From the NCBI RefSeq assembly GCF_004010195.1, contig NC_057726.1, positions 63,172,467 to 63,236,466 on the forward strand: DNA of 64,000 bases, in the 5' to 3' direction. Source of the stretch: Chiloscyllium plagiosum. Taxonomy: Eukaryota. Below the pieces are notes generated by a model that worked only from the letters and a program-made list of their open reading frames with translations, ran no database searches and had not been told where the DNA came from. Shown piece after piece: positions 52,210-63,749 of the stretch (position 1 is its first letter; each line of letters begins with the position of its first letter). A program made the position numbers and the translations under genes.

Positions 52210-52500
52210 TCATAGAATCCCTACAGTGTGGAAACAGGCCGTTTAGCCCAACAAGTCCACACCGACCCTCCAAAGAGTAACCCACCCCGTCCCATTTCCC
52301 TCTGACTAATGCACTGAACACTACGGGCAATTTAGCATGGCCAATTCACCTGACCTGCACATCTTTGGGCTGCGGGAGGAAACCCACATAGACACGGGGA
52401 GAATGTGCAAACTCCACACAGTCACCCAAGGCTGGAATCAAACTCTGGTGCTTGGCGCTGTGAAGCAGCAGCACTAACTACTGAGCCACCATGCCACCCG
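52210..52500 (-). mobile_element. HE1-type SINE
   Basis: catagaatccctacagtgtggaaacagg...gagaatgtgcaaactccacacag...ctgagccaccatgccaccc. Confidence 0.9.
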
Positions 52501-52509
52501 TACAATTTG

Positions 52510-52850
52510 CTACATGGGGAGTGCTGCAGTGTCATAGGTGTTGATCAGACAAAGTGATAATAAGAGGGGCAAACTATGTTCCCATGGGTGAATCTAAAAG
52601 TTGCCATAGCACTATTTTTGAAAAAGAGCAGAGAGAACACTGCTCTCTTTCAAAAATAGTGCAATGGCAACTTTTAAATTCACCCATGGGAGCACAGTTT
52701 TGTCCTGGCCAATATTTATCCTACAAGCAACATCAATAAAAACTAATTAACTAGTTATTATCAAATCTCTGTACCTGGAAGCTGCTGGTGTACAAATTGG
52801 CTGAGTTTTTCCATATTACAACAGAGAATACATTTCATTAAAGTTACATT
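52510..52850 (+). mobile_element. SacSINE1-like DeuSINE with an internal inverted duplication
   Basis: Deu-domain gcactatttttgaaaaagagcag and tgtcctggccaatatttatcc; tail caaattggctg..tttccatattacaacag. Confidence 0.75.
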
Positions 52851-53080
52851 TAGATCAGATTAGATTCCCTACAGTGTGGAAACAGGCCCTTCGGCCCAAC
52901 CAGTCCACACTGACCCTCCAAAGAGTAACCCTGGACAATTTAGCATAGCCAAGTCACCTGACCTGCACACCTTTGAACTGTGGGAGGAAACCAGAGCACC
53001 CGGAGAAAACCCACGCAGACACGGGGAGAATGTGCAAACTCCACACAGACAGTCCGAGGCTGGAATCAAACCTGGGACCC
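52851..53080 (-). mobile_element. HE1-type SINE, 5'-truncated and internally deleted
   Basis: tagattccctacagtgtggaaacaggcccttcggccc...gcaaactccacacagacag. Confidence 0.88.
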
Positions 53081-54519
53081 ATTGACACAATTTCTTGTAA
53101 AATAATGATCACAAATGTGCTTTCATCATGAACTTTCTACTTAATGATGCAAGATGGTTTAGGCCACGCCTCTTGGCTCCTGGTCTCCTCAGGATGGACA
53201 CTGCTCCTGAATTAGGAGAATACCCCACACTGAGCTGGGGGTGGGGGAATCTACATGGTTCAGGGGAGATGTGTATTGAACACAGCATCACTATGTGGAC
53301 AAGCTGTGAATTGCACTCTCCCTGCCAACTCTCATATCCTGAAACATTCAATTTGTATCCTGAATCCCAAAAACCTACCAACTAGACAAATCCATCAACG
53401 ATATCCTCACCATTAATCTTTCAAGACCTTGACCGTCTTTCAAAATGTTGACCAGTTTCAATGTTCACTGAAAACGTTTTTCACTTCCTTGCTGATTTGC
53501 TCTCACTCGCCCTACTGGTCGAAGCCTTGAGTGTTCCCAAAGTAACAGGCCGCCCCATTTGTGCAAGTTCAGACAGTGGCCATTATGGTTATATTCAACC
53601 ACAAACGCATCACAATCCTGAATAATCACAACCTCACCTGAGATCTGGACACACTATCTCTCTCTCTCTGGCTGTGAACGGTACTGTTAGAAACAAACAC
53701 AGACATTCCTGGAGGAACGCAACAGGTCTGGCAGCATCTGTGGAGAGAGAATCCGCGTTAACACTGCAGGTTGACGACCTTTTCATCAGAATTGGGAAAA
53801 CTCAGAGGTAAAATAGGTTTCAAGTATGGGGTGGGTGGAAGGAGGTCTGTGATGATCTTTTTGTACACTTCATAATCTCTCACTGTCTAAGAAATGCTGG
53901 GCATTTGTTTCCTGTTCCAAACTCGATAACTTTACATGTTTTCCACATTATATCCCACCTGGTGTGTTCTTGCCCACTCACTCAGTCAGTGCGTCTAAAT
54001 CCCATTGAAGCCTCTTCAACTCTCCTTCCCACTTCATGTTATTGTCATCAGCAAACTTGGAGTTATTGTATTTGGTGCACATGTTCACACCAAATGATAT
54101 AGATGGTGACCATTTGGGACTCGAGCACTGCCCTTTGTCTCTGGTTTGCCCCCTATTCATGAGTTGCAGTCCAGACCAATCCCATACTCTCAGTCTGCTT
54201 ACTCACCTACTTTGTGGGACCTTAGTGAATACCTTTTGAGAATCCATTCGTGCGACATCTACTGGCTACCTATTTCCTATCCTAAGAATTACATTATTAA
54301 AAAGCTGCAACAGACATGTTTGACATTATTTCCCATCCTGTTGTCCATCTTATCACAGACCAAATTCTCCTCCTCTCACCCATCCCTTGCTGGAAATCTA
54401 CTTCAACCCTGGTTTTTTCCCAATTCTGATGAAAGATCGTCGACCTCTGATGTCAACTCGGTGTTGAACCCACTGCACCAATCAAAAGCAGAGTGGGGTA
54501 ATTCTCTGTGGAGCAGCGA

Positions 54520-54655
54520 GCCCTTTCCTGATGAAGGGCTTTTTCCCGAATATCGATTTTCCTGCTCCTTGGATGCTGCCTGACCTGCTGTGCTTTTCCA
54601 GCACCACTCTAATCTTGACTGTAATCTCCAGCATCTGCAGTCCTCACGTTCGCCT
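54520..54655 (+). mobile_element. Family-A short hammerhead repeat (degenerate)
   Basis: ttc CTGATGA agggctttttccc GAA tatc gatt...ggatgctgcctgacctgctgtgcttttccagcaccac. Confidence 0.75.
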
Positions 54656-54726
54656 AATTCTCTGTGGTGTCCTTGTCTGCATTTATCCCTCAAGCAGCCA
54701 GCTCCTAACAAATAACCTGGCCCTTC

Positions 54727-55352
54727 TGTCACAAAGCTAGTCCCTTTTCTTCCTAAAAGCTGTTCCTTGGCTCAAGGGGACTCTGTCCTTGATTTTGTTC
54801 AGAGGGGTAATAAACCAGGCTGAGCTTCAATCAGTCTGGCTTGGTACAGAGATGAAAAGGATTTTGAGAGGCCTACTGTTTATATCTATACAGATAAGAC
54901 TTCAGGCCAAAGAGGTCATGTTTTAGAAGTGACCTATATATAGAAAGGGGAGTAGTCAGCTTTCTAGCTGAGCTGTTTAGTTCAGTCTTGAATTGGGAAG
55001 TTCAACAGGGAGCTGTGTGGAAACGCTCTCTCTTTTCTGCCCCTCAACTTCAACCTGTAAGCGTGTGTACCATTTATACTGGGTTTTAAAGGGAGTTTGC
55101 TTATTGGGATTGTTATGTATATTCGGAACAGCGCAATTAAGTCTAGTTGCATAGACTGAGTTCTGTAGGGGTTCTTCGTGTTTCACTGTGTAGTTTTGTG
55201 AATTAACTTTTGTCTGTTTTAAAATCTAGTAGTCAACCTAGCTAGCTTACTCCGGGCAATTTTCGCTGTACACTTACCGAAACAGATTGCAAAGTTATGG
55301 TCTGAGCTGCCTGCTTGAGGATGTTTTGAGTGGTCTGGTTTAGTCCACAACA
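54727..55352 (+). mobile_element. Probable solo LTR (626 bp)
   Basis: Begins TGT, ends ACA, flanked by near-identical 4-mers cttc/cctc; internal TATA-like tatatataga at about 54936; no internal coding sequence. Confidence 0.6.
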
Positions 55353-56599
55353 CCTCCCATGCTGATGTTTACTGTGTTTTTCATTTAAAGATTGATTACA
55401 GTTCAAGCATAATTCTCTGGCTTGGACACCCCTTGGGGCATGACGTATGAAAAATGCTAGAATACAGGTCTGGCTTTCTGTACAAATTAACAGATAAATC
55501 AATCCATTATGTTAGCAGGAGATAGATGTATGGACTATGGATGTGGGGAACCTGGCTGATGCTCTGCGGATGTTAGCTCAAACCTGACAGTGGCAGCTGG
55601 GCTAATTTCAATTCAAACATATCTGGACTATTAATTTAGTCTCGATAACGGTGACCGTGACAACCATCAATTGTCATATAAACTCACAGTGATTCAGTAG
55701 TAGTCTTTAGGGGAGGGAATTTGCCACCCTTACATGCCATTCAGAGCAAGGGATAGGCACTGAACGCTGATCCCCATGTTCCTGTGTGAGGAGAAGTGAG
55801 GGTACAATTGAATATATACCAACAAAACAATCTGGTCAAGAAATATAAGGCAGCTATTCACTTGATAAAGAACCTTGAACCAATTGACTTTGACAATTTC
55901 ATTCTCACAGACAGATCCACACCCTCTTGTCGTGTCTCACCAACACTTACTTGTCCATTTTTCTTTAAAAACTAAAGCATTTCCAGAAAACTCTTACACT
56001 AAATTTAGTTGTTTTCAGTTACTGGGAACAAGAACCAAGACTGGCCCCACTTCCTTGTAGCTGAGTCTCACGCACTCACGCACTGAGGTTGAGGCTATTT
56101 TAAAATGAAACTTCTCCTAATTCAGTTCCACTCTAACCATGCCAATCTGCAGTTCACATGAAAGAAAGAGACTCCAGATGTATAGAAGTCTCAGCTGATT
56201 AGAGAGGTCTCAAGAACTGAGCTTTATAAACACAGCCAGAACGAAAACAGAATCACCAATACAGACAAACTCCAATTGATATGCAAGGAAGCTTCACCCC
56301 TGAGGTCCAAAAGAGGTTATCGAGTGGTCTATGTACAGATAGATGCTGCAAAAAGGAGATACAAAGGTGAGGTTTTATTTTTGTCTTACATTCATCAGGG
56401 ACTAGGATGAAGGTAACCACAGTTTGAATGTGGAGTGGGGGGTGTAGGAACCATCAGTTTATAAGCCTGAGAAGGAGATGCTGATGAATCGGACTATCAT
56501 TGGCAAGAACAGTTAACTGTTAATCTTCATTCCTAGGCCAGTGAGATAAACCCTGGTCAGGGTGTTGCCATTGAAATGCAACAGAGATTGGCAGTCTCC

Positions 56600-56900
56600 C
56601 TGGCTCGTATTTCCACAATTAAGAAGTTGTGGTGTATGTCTTTCTGCCTGTACAAAACACAGTCTTGTGTGTTAACATCTAACTTTGAGCCTGACTGATA
56701 ATCGTAGATTGGATTTCAGTGTAGTTTCCAGCACAGTCTGGATTGTTCAATAAATGCTGGCCAATGGCAGGATAATTTTTCGTGTTGCACATGGTGTTCT
56801 GAGGCTTGCAAGCCTGGGCTGGTTGAGTATGATCATTCCACTCCCTGCTGTGATTGGTCAGTGGGGTAGATCTGCCTCCTTAATTCGCCAGCAATGTGTT
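56600..56900 (-). mobile_element. Degraded Penelope-like GIY-YIG C-terminal region
   Basis: Minus strand gives AIGQHLLNNPDCAGNYTEIQSTIISQAQ, a typical Penelope-like C-terminus. Confidence 0.6.
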
Positions 56901-57069
56901 GCGCCCAAGGTATTATAGTGTTTGTTTTCAAGTGCAGCGAGAGAGCTAAATTGAGACAGAGTCCCATCGTCAGACATGGTTGTTCACAGGGTTTCTAATC
57001 AACACCATGTTGTACACGACACTTGGTCTGGTTGTGCAACTTCCTTCCATGTTTTTGACAGTTTCCATC

Positions 57070-57515
57070 AGTTGTGGGATGTGGGCATCACTAACAAGGG
57101 CAGCATTTACTGCCCATCCCTAACATCCCTTAAACTGAGAGGCTTGCAAGGCCATTTCAGAGAGCAGTTATGAGTGAACCACATTGCTGTGGGTCCGGAG
57201 TCACAGGTAGGCCACACCGGCTAAGAACCCCAGATTTCCGTAGATTACCCTTCCCTTAAGGATATTAGTGAACCAGGTGGGATTTTAGAAAAGTCAACAA
57301 TGGTTGGCATAGAGTCGAGAGTGTGTTGCTGGGAAAGCAAAACAGGTCAGGCAGCATCCAAGGAGCAGGAGAATCGGCGTTTCGGGCTAAAGCCCTTCAT
57401 CAGGAATAGGACCAGCTTTACTTTTAAATTCTGCATTTTTACTTAATTCCGTTTTAACCATCTACCATGGTGGGATTTGAACCTGTGGATCAAGTCTGAG
57501 ACTCTGGATTACCAA
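57070..57515 (-). mobile_element. tRNA-derived SINE interrupted by a family-A hammerhead repeat (57312-57407)
   Basis: SINE halves on both sides; insert reads on minus attc CTGATGA agggc ttta gccc GAAA cgcc gatt. Confidence 0.75.
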
Positions 57516-58139
57516 TCATATAGCACGGAAACAGACCCTTCGGTCCAACCAGTCCATGCCAACCATAATCCCAAACTAAACTAGTCCCAGATGTCTGCTG
57601 CTGGTCCCTATCCCTCCAAACCTTTAATATTCATGTACTTATCCAAATGTCTTTTAAACTTTGGAACTGTACCCAGTCCAGTGCCATCATCAAACTGTTG
57701 CCAACTCCTGAACCATTTATGCCACTCTCTTGACTCAATAGGTAACTGCACCATAAATAATGCCCACACTATATATGATTGTAAGCAGCTTAGTATCACA
57801 GTTAAGGCGTTACTAAATATATGATAAATCTGTTTGAACAGGGATGAAACATGAACCCTATTCTCGCTCATGGTTTAAGTTTGGAATACTCTTGTCCTGT
57901 ATGAAGCAGGAATTGGCTGAATTCAAACTCCTTCCTTACCAGTTATCCCACCCCGAAGCAATATCCAACAAGGATGCTTCGGTCCTGAAAACACACTAAG
58001 TAGATCTGACAGATGTACGTTGAGGAATACCGAATGATATCTGCAACATGAATAGAGCCATAGGGGTTGACAGCATGGAAACAGGCCCTTCGGCCCAGTC
58101 TGCCCATGCCACCCAGTTTGGTAACATTGCATTGTCACG

Positions 58140-59610
58140 AGACAAACTAGATATATACAACTGTAAACTCAACAAAGGACCTCGAATGGTCGCACAGCAA
58201 AACGTACATGCTGCTCAATGAAGGTTCCAGGGTAATATCTATACCACCTACCACTGCCCATGACCACATGGCAACACACATTGCAGAGGCATCTATTAGA
58301 CTGGCACAAGGATGTGCAAGTGACCTGCCTCACTTTGTCCTTGTGGCTCAGTGCATCGACAGTGAGGGTCACCCAACCCACAAAAGCAATGGTCCTGTAC
58401 ACCCTGTTTCATCTCTGACACTATGTGCAACATGAAGTGACTCAAATGGATGAGTGAGCTCCTTGCAACTAGTTTTAAATGGTTTTCCCACATTAAATGT
58501 GCAGGATTCCCTCACTTCCATGAAGACCCTGTACAAGAGCTACATGTTGAGAGTGATAGCACATCCCTGTGTTCTTCTGGCAATGGCATTAACAATGTGC
58601 CATCCAAGGAAGCATTGACATTTGAACCACGGGCGGCACGGTGGCACAGTGGTTAGCACTGTTGCCTCTCAGCGCCAGAGACCCGGGTTCAATTCCCGCC
58701 TCAGGCGACTGACTGTGTAGAGTTTGCACATTCTCCCCGTGTCTGCGTGGGTTTTCTCCGGGTGCTCCGGTTTCCTCCCACAGTCCAAAAATGTGAATTG
58801 GCCACGCTAAATTGCCCGTAGTGTTAGGTGAAGGGGTGAAATGTAAGGGAATGGATCTGGGTGGGTTGCACTTCGGCGGGTCGGTGTGGACTTGTTGGGC
58901 CGAAGGGCCTGTTTCCACACTGTAAGTAATCTAATCTAATGTCATTGTAACATGGCAATCTACATATGCCACACATGTCCAAAACTGTGTACATTGAACT
59001 CATGAACTTGGTGACCCTGACAGTTGAGTGCAGTCTCAGTGATGCCACATAGGCCCAATTGGATGCCATTGCTAAGGGATATCCTGTAGACCCAGCTGTT
59101 GCTAATCTCTTCGTTAGTTACCATGGGAAACACAGTTTTGATAGAATATCCACTAACCTTCTACCCTTGCGAACACCCAATATGTATGTATTGCAGTATT
59201 CAAATCTGCAGTTATATCAAGGAATTTGTTTACAAAGCTTGATAAACACGAGAAATTGAACTCAAAATGTTACCACGGTTTCTGCCCTCACAGATTCTGT
59301 CAGAGCAGCTGAGTTTCTCCAGCACTTTCTGTTTTTATTAATAATGAACGCCATCCTATGCTCAAATCTACCATTGAGATGGGAGCAATCAAATATGCTG
59401 CCTTGCCTTGGTGTATTAATTGAGAAATCTGCCATTGGGTTTTCTGCCAATATGTCCCAAAAATCTACCTTCACTGGTCAATATATGCATTGGGATTCCT
59501 ACTCCCTACAAGATCGATCTTATTGGCAACCTCGTGAATAGGTAACCAGTCATCTGCTCACTGTGTAGACGTGATACTGAAATAGAGTATACCAAAACCA
59601 TCCTGTGTAA
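58140..59610 (+). mobile_element. Degraded Penelope-like reverse transcriptase, interrupted by an HE1 SINE and a family-C repeat
   Basis: DAIAKGYPVDPAVANLFV (resembles GVAMGSPLxPxLANIF) and EQSNMLPCLGVLIEKS..STFTGQYMHWDS (resembles LPFLDV..YRKPTFTGQY.HWDS). Confidence 0.7.
58631..58940 (+). mobile_element. Young full-length HE1-type SINE
   Basis: gggcggcacggtggcacagtggttagcac...tgtaagtaatctaatctaat; very similar to 21566-21885. Confidence 0.93.
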
Positions 59611-59639
59611 TAATCACTCACTGTGTATTGTGCAAAAAA

Positions 59640-59767
59640 GGAGAAAGTGAGGTCTGCAGATGCTGGAGATCAAAGTTGAAACTTTATTGCTGGAACAGCA
59701 CAGCAGGTCAGGCAGCATCCAGGGAACAGGAGATTCGACGCTTCGGGCACAGGCCCTTCTTCAGGAA
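59640..59767 (-). mobile_element. Family-A short hammerhead repeat
   Basis: Minus strand: ttc CTGAAGA agggcc tgt gccc GAAG cgtc gaa; stem I ttc/gaa intact. Confidence 0.78.
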
Positions 59768-59830
59768 AGTGTCACACACAGACCAGCACATTCTCATTTT
59801 GGTTTAAGGTAGAACATAAGAAATAGTCAG

Positions 59831-59931
59831 AGTTGAGAGTGTGTTGCTGGAAAAGCACAGCAGGTCAGGCAGCATCCGAGGAGCAGGGAAATCGACGTTT
59901 CGGGGCCGGAGCCCTTCATCAGGAATCAGAA
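59831..59931 (-). mobile_element. Family-A short hammerhead repeat with 15-bp TSD
   Basis: Direct repeat ataagaaatagtcag at 59816-59830 and 59932-59946. Confidence 0.85.
59890..59926 (-). ncRNA. Minimal type I hammerhead ribozyme, intact core
   Basis: Minus strand: attc CTGATGA a gggc tccg gccc c GAAA c GTC gatt; full catalytic core, GUC cleavage triplet, palindromic ACGT stem III. Confidence 0.72.
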
Positions 59932-60131
59932 ATAAGAAATAGTCAGTTCAGCCCTTCAAGCCTGTCCCACCTTTCTAAAAGGTCAGAAGTCACATGACAC
60001 CAGGTTATAGTCCAACAGGTTTATTTGAAATCACAAGNNNNNNNNNNNNNNNNNNNNNNNNNNNNNNNNNNNNNNNNNNNNNNNNNNNNNNNNNNNNNNN
60101 NNNNNNNNNNNNNNNNNNNNNNNNNNNNNNN

Positions 60132-60395
60132 GCCGTGCTAAACTACCCATGGTGCCCAGGGATGAGCACGCTGGGTGGATTGGCCGTGCTAAACTACCCA
60201 TGGTGCCCAGGGATGAGCACGCTGGGTGGATTGGCCGTGCTAAATTGCCCATGGTGCCCAGGGATGAGCAGGCTGGGTGGATTAACCGTGGGAAATGCAG
60301 AGTTACAGGGATTGGGTGGGTGTGGGCGGAATGCTGTTTGGAGAGTCGGTGTGGACTTGATGGGCTGAATGGCCTGCTTCCATGCTATGATTCTT
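60132..60395 (+). repeat. HE1 SINE 3' half with a 51-bp unit repeated at least three times, next to an assembly gap
   Basis: Unit gccgtgctaaactacccatggtgcccagggatgagcacgctgggtggattg starts at 60132, 60183 and 60234. Confidence 0.88.
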
Positions 60396-60912
60396 TGTAG
60401 CTTCTTTATGTTCTCTCCACACCTCACTTCCCTCCCTAGCGTTTGTGTCATCAGCAAGTCTAGCAATCAGACCTTTGACCCCTTTATTCAAGTCATTTAT
60501 AAAAATTGCAAAAATCGGATGTGATTCCTGTGGCACATCACCTCGCCAACTTGAAAATTATATACTTATGCCATCCCTCTGTCACCTGTCAGCCTGCCAA
60601 TATGCTATCCATGCTAACATGCAACCTGCTATCCCATGGACTTTTATTTTCAACAATTGATTTGGCACCTTCTGGAATGCTCTCTGTAAATCATAAATTC
60701 AGTACATCCACCAGTGTACTCTTAGTCACAAGTGTAGCACCTCTATTCAAAAACTGAGAGGAACAGAAAGCACAAAACTATGGGTAAGGTCGTCTAATAT
60801 CTATTGTTGGAGGCGTTGGGGTAAATGCTGGAATCAATTATCAATGAAGTGCTGGTAGGATATTTAGAAATTTGTAATACAGTCAAGCAGAGTTTTGAAA
60901 AGTAATTAATCA

Positions 60913-61180
60913 TAAAATCTCTATTGTGTGGAAGTAGGCCATTCAGCCCTTTGCGTTCACACCAGCCCTCTGAAGAGCATCTTGCCCAGCCCCACCATTT
61001 TCCTTGTCCAATCCACCTAACCTGCACATCGTTGGATTGTGGGAGGAAACCAGAGCACACCCAGACAGGCACAAGGAGAACGTGCAAACTCCACACAGAC
61101 AGTCACCCGAGGCTGGAATCGAACTCAGGTCCCTGGTGTTGTGAGGTGGTAGTGCTAACCACTGAGCCACCATGTTGCCC
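60913..61180 (-). mobile_element. HE1-type SINE inside a CR1(+) fragment
   Basis: gtgcaaactccacacagacagtcacccgaggctggaatcgaac...gtgctaaccactgagccacc. Confidence 0.87.
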
Positions 61181-61469
61181 TAATCTTTGGAAATTTTTTG
61201 AGAGAGTGTTGAGGGTGTAAAAAGCAGGATGGATAAAGGTGAATCTGCAGGTGTGATGTATTTGGAGTTCCAAAAGACATTCAGTGAGGTGCAAGACAAC
61301 GGGCCATACAGCAACATGAAAGCTCTTGTCGTTGAGGATATTAGCATGGGTCAAGGGTGGTCCAGAGAACAGAGGGCTGTGATGAAATTATCATTTTCGT
61401 ATTGGCAAACTGTAACTACTTACAATCTATATCAATGACTTTGTCAGGGAACTGAATGTCTTGAAGAGA

Positions 61470-61570
61470 CAAAAAACAGAAACTGCTGGAAAAGCTCAGC
61501 AGGTCTGGCCTGCAACTGTGGAGAGAAATCAGAGTTAGTGTTTCGAGTCGAGTGACCCTGCCTCAGAATT
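61470..61570 (-). mobile_element. Family-C short hammerhead repeat (degenerate)
   Basis: aaacagaaactgctggaaaagctcagcaggtctgg..gagagaaatcagagttagtgtttcgagtcgagtgaccctgcctcagaa. Confidence 0.72.
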
Positions 61571-62154
61571 CCTGTATCGAAGCCAAGTTGGCTGATGAAG
61601 CGAAGATCGGTGGGAGTGTAAGTTGTAAGGGCAACTCAGAGGGGTGGCTTTTAAAGGGCCGCGGGATTAGAATCTGCTGATTTGAAAATCGCACTCCCAT
61701 TGGTCACCTGTGGTTACAGAAACATTGGGTATGGTTTACTATTTTCAGAGGATTGGTCAGAGGGGAGAACTGGAAATCAGATTTGCTTCCCACCCTTGGA
61801 ACTCTATGGGGCTTGTGCAGCGCAGAATGGAATTTTCCGAACAGCCTAGTACACAGCTGCTGTATTAGTTACTGAGGAAAAGGATTAGAATTAGAATTAT
61901 TGTCACATGTAGTCACATGTGTACAGTGAAACGTTCACAGGTCACCACTTGCGGCACCATCTTAGGTTCAAAGATACTTCGGTACAGATTCTGGAGTAAA
62001 AATTCTCAAGGAAAGAATTAGAAAATAAGGGAATAAAAGGTCCAGCATTACAGACCTTCAACGGTATAAAAATCGTAGGAATAAATTAGAAAAATACAGA
62101 GATACAAAGTTCAGAATAAAAGGAAACGTGTTTTAAAGTAGGGTTAACAAAAGA

Positions 62155-62267
62155 GAAAGTGAGAACTGCAGATCAGAGTCGAGAGAGCGGTGCAGGAAAA
62201 GCACAACAGGTCAGGCAGCATCTGAGGGGCACAAGAGTCAACGTTTCGGGCATAAGCCCTTCCTCAG
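62155..62267 (-). mobile_element. Family-A short hammerhead repeat
   Basis: Minus strand: CTGAGGA agggc ttat gccc GAAA c GTT; core intact, stem I apparently truncated. Confidence 0.75.
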
Positions 62268-63445
62268 TTGTGAGTCAACCGTATTGCTTTGGGTCAGAAG
62301 TCACACATAGGCCAGACCAGGTAAGGATGGCGGTTTCCTTCCCTAAAGGACGTTAGTGAACCAGATGGGTTTTCCCCAACATTTGGCAATGTNNNNNNNN
62401 NNNNNNNNNNNNNNNNNNNNNNNNNNNNNNNNNNNNNNNNNNNNNNNNNNNNNNNNNNNNNNNNNNNNNNNNNNNNNNNNNNNNNNNNNNNNNNNNNNNN
62501 NNNNNNNNNNNNNNNNNNNNNNNNNNNNNNNNNNNNNNNNNNNNNNNNNNNNNNNNNNNNNNNNNNNNNNNNNNNNNNNNNNNNNNNNNNNNNNNNNNNN
62601 NNNNNNNNNNNNNNNNNNNNNNNNNNNNNNNNNNNNNNNNNNNNNNNNNNNNNNNNNNNNNNNNNNNNNNNNNNNNNNNNNNNNNNNNNNNNNNNNNNNN
62701 NNNNNNNNNNNNNNNNNNNNNNNNNNNNNNNNNNNNNNNNNNNNNNNNNNNNNNNNNNNNNNNNNNNNNNNNNNNNNNNNNNNNNNNNNNNNNNNNNNNN
62801 NNNNNNNNNNNNNNNNNNNNNNNNNNNNNNNNNNNNNNNNNNNNNNNNNNNNNNNNNNNNNNNNNNNNNNNNNNNNNNNNNNNNNNNNNNNNCCCAAAGA
62901 CCTCATTTCAGAGTTACTGCTGTGCACCCGCGTATAAGACCATCAGTTAATTCCAGCAAGGTGCCAATTCCAATGTGACTTGGATGAACCAGAACGTGAA
63001 AGGCAGGGGTTTCCAGGGGATTTGAGGAAGGGTGTTTTCAACCAGAGGCTGGTGGGAATGTGAACGTGCACTGCCTATGAGGGTGGCTTTTAAAGGTACT
63101 GGGATAAGCTGTCGAAATGTCCTAACATCCAAGGCTGTGGGCAGGAAAGTGGAGCTGGTGTAGGTAGTGGTGTCTTTTTGGCAGTACAGGCTTTGATGGG
63201 CCAAAGGGTCTTGTGTGCTGGATGACTCTATGAACTTCTTTACCCTCATCAGACAGCCCAAGGCCTTTCACAGTAGCGTTGTCAAACAGAGTTTGACAAT
63301 GACGTGTTTCTTTACACCCAGAGAGTGGGAGACGTATGGAATGCACTGCCGGGGGTAATGGTGGAGGCCAATTCGACCGGGGGCATTTAAGGGGCTTTCA
63401 GATAAGCCACATGACCGTGCAAGGAATGGAGGGATATGGACCGAG

Positions 63446-63518
63446 TCTGGATTAGTGGTGCTAGAAGAGCACAGCAGTTCAGGCAGCATCCGAGGAGCAG
63501 TAAAATCGACGTTTTGGG
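63446..63518 (-). mobile_element. Truncated family-A repeat with 9-bp TSD inside a CR1 3' end
   Basis: Direct repeat tggaccgag at 63437-63445 and 63519-63527. Confidence 0.78.
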
Positions 63519-63749
63519 TGGACCGAGGGCAGGTGGAAGGGATCAGTTTAACTTGGCGTCATCTTCGGCAGCATCCATGCCTTTCAAGGCACAGCCACTG
63601 ATGGGGGAAGCGATCTAATTTGGTCCTGGAGCCAGAATTGGAGGAATCTCACAGGGCTGTGGGGACGGATGAGATTCCAAACACTGGGAGGGGGTGAAGC
63701 CAGGCAAGGGTTTGATCTTGGGGGTAAGTAAACTTTGAGAAGGAGCAGG

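Noticed and set aside
60132-60290. CRISPR-like array
   Set aside because: Contiguous tandem units with no unique spacers, SINE-derived, in a eukaryotic context.
62343-62937. 194-aa and 193-aa ORFs
   Set aside because: Artefacts of translating through the 500-N gap; ORFs crossing the 60038-60131 gap are rejected for the same reason.
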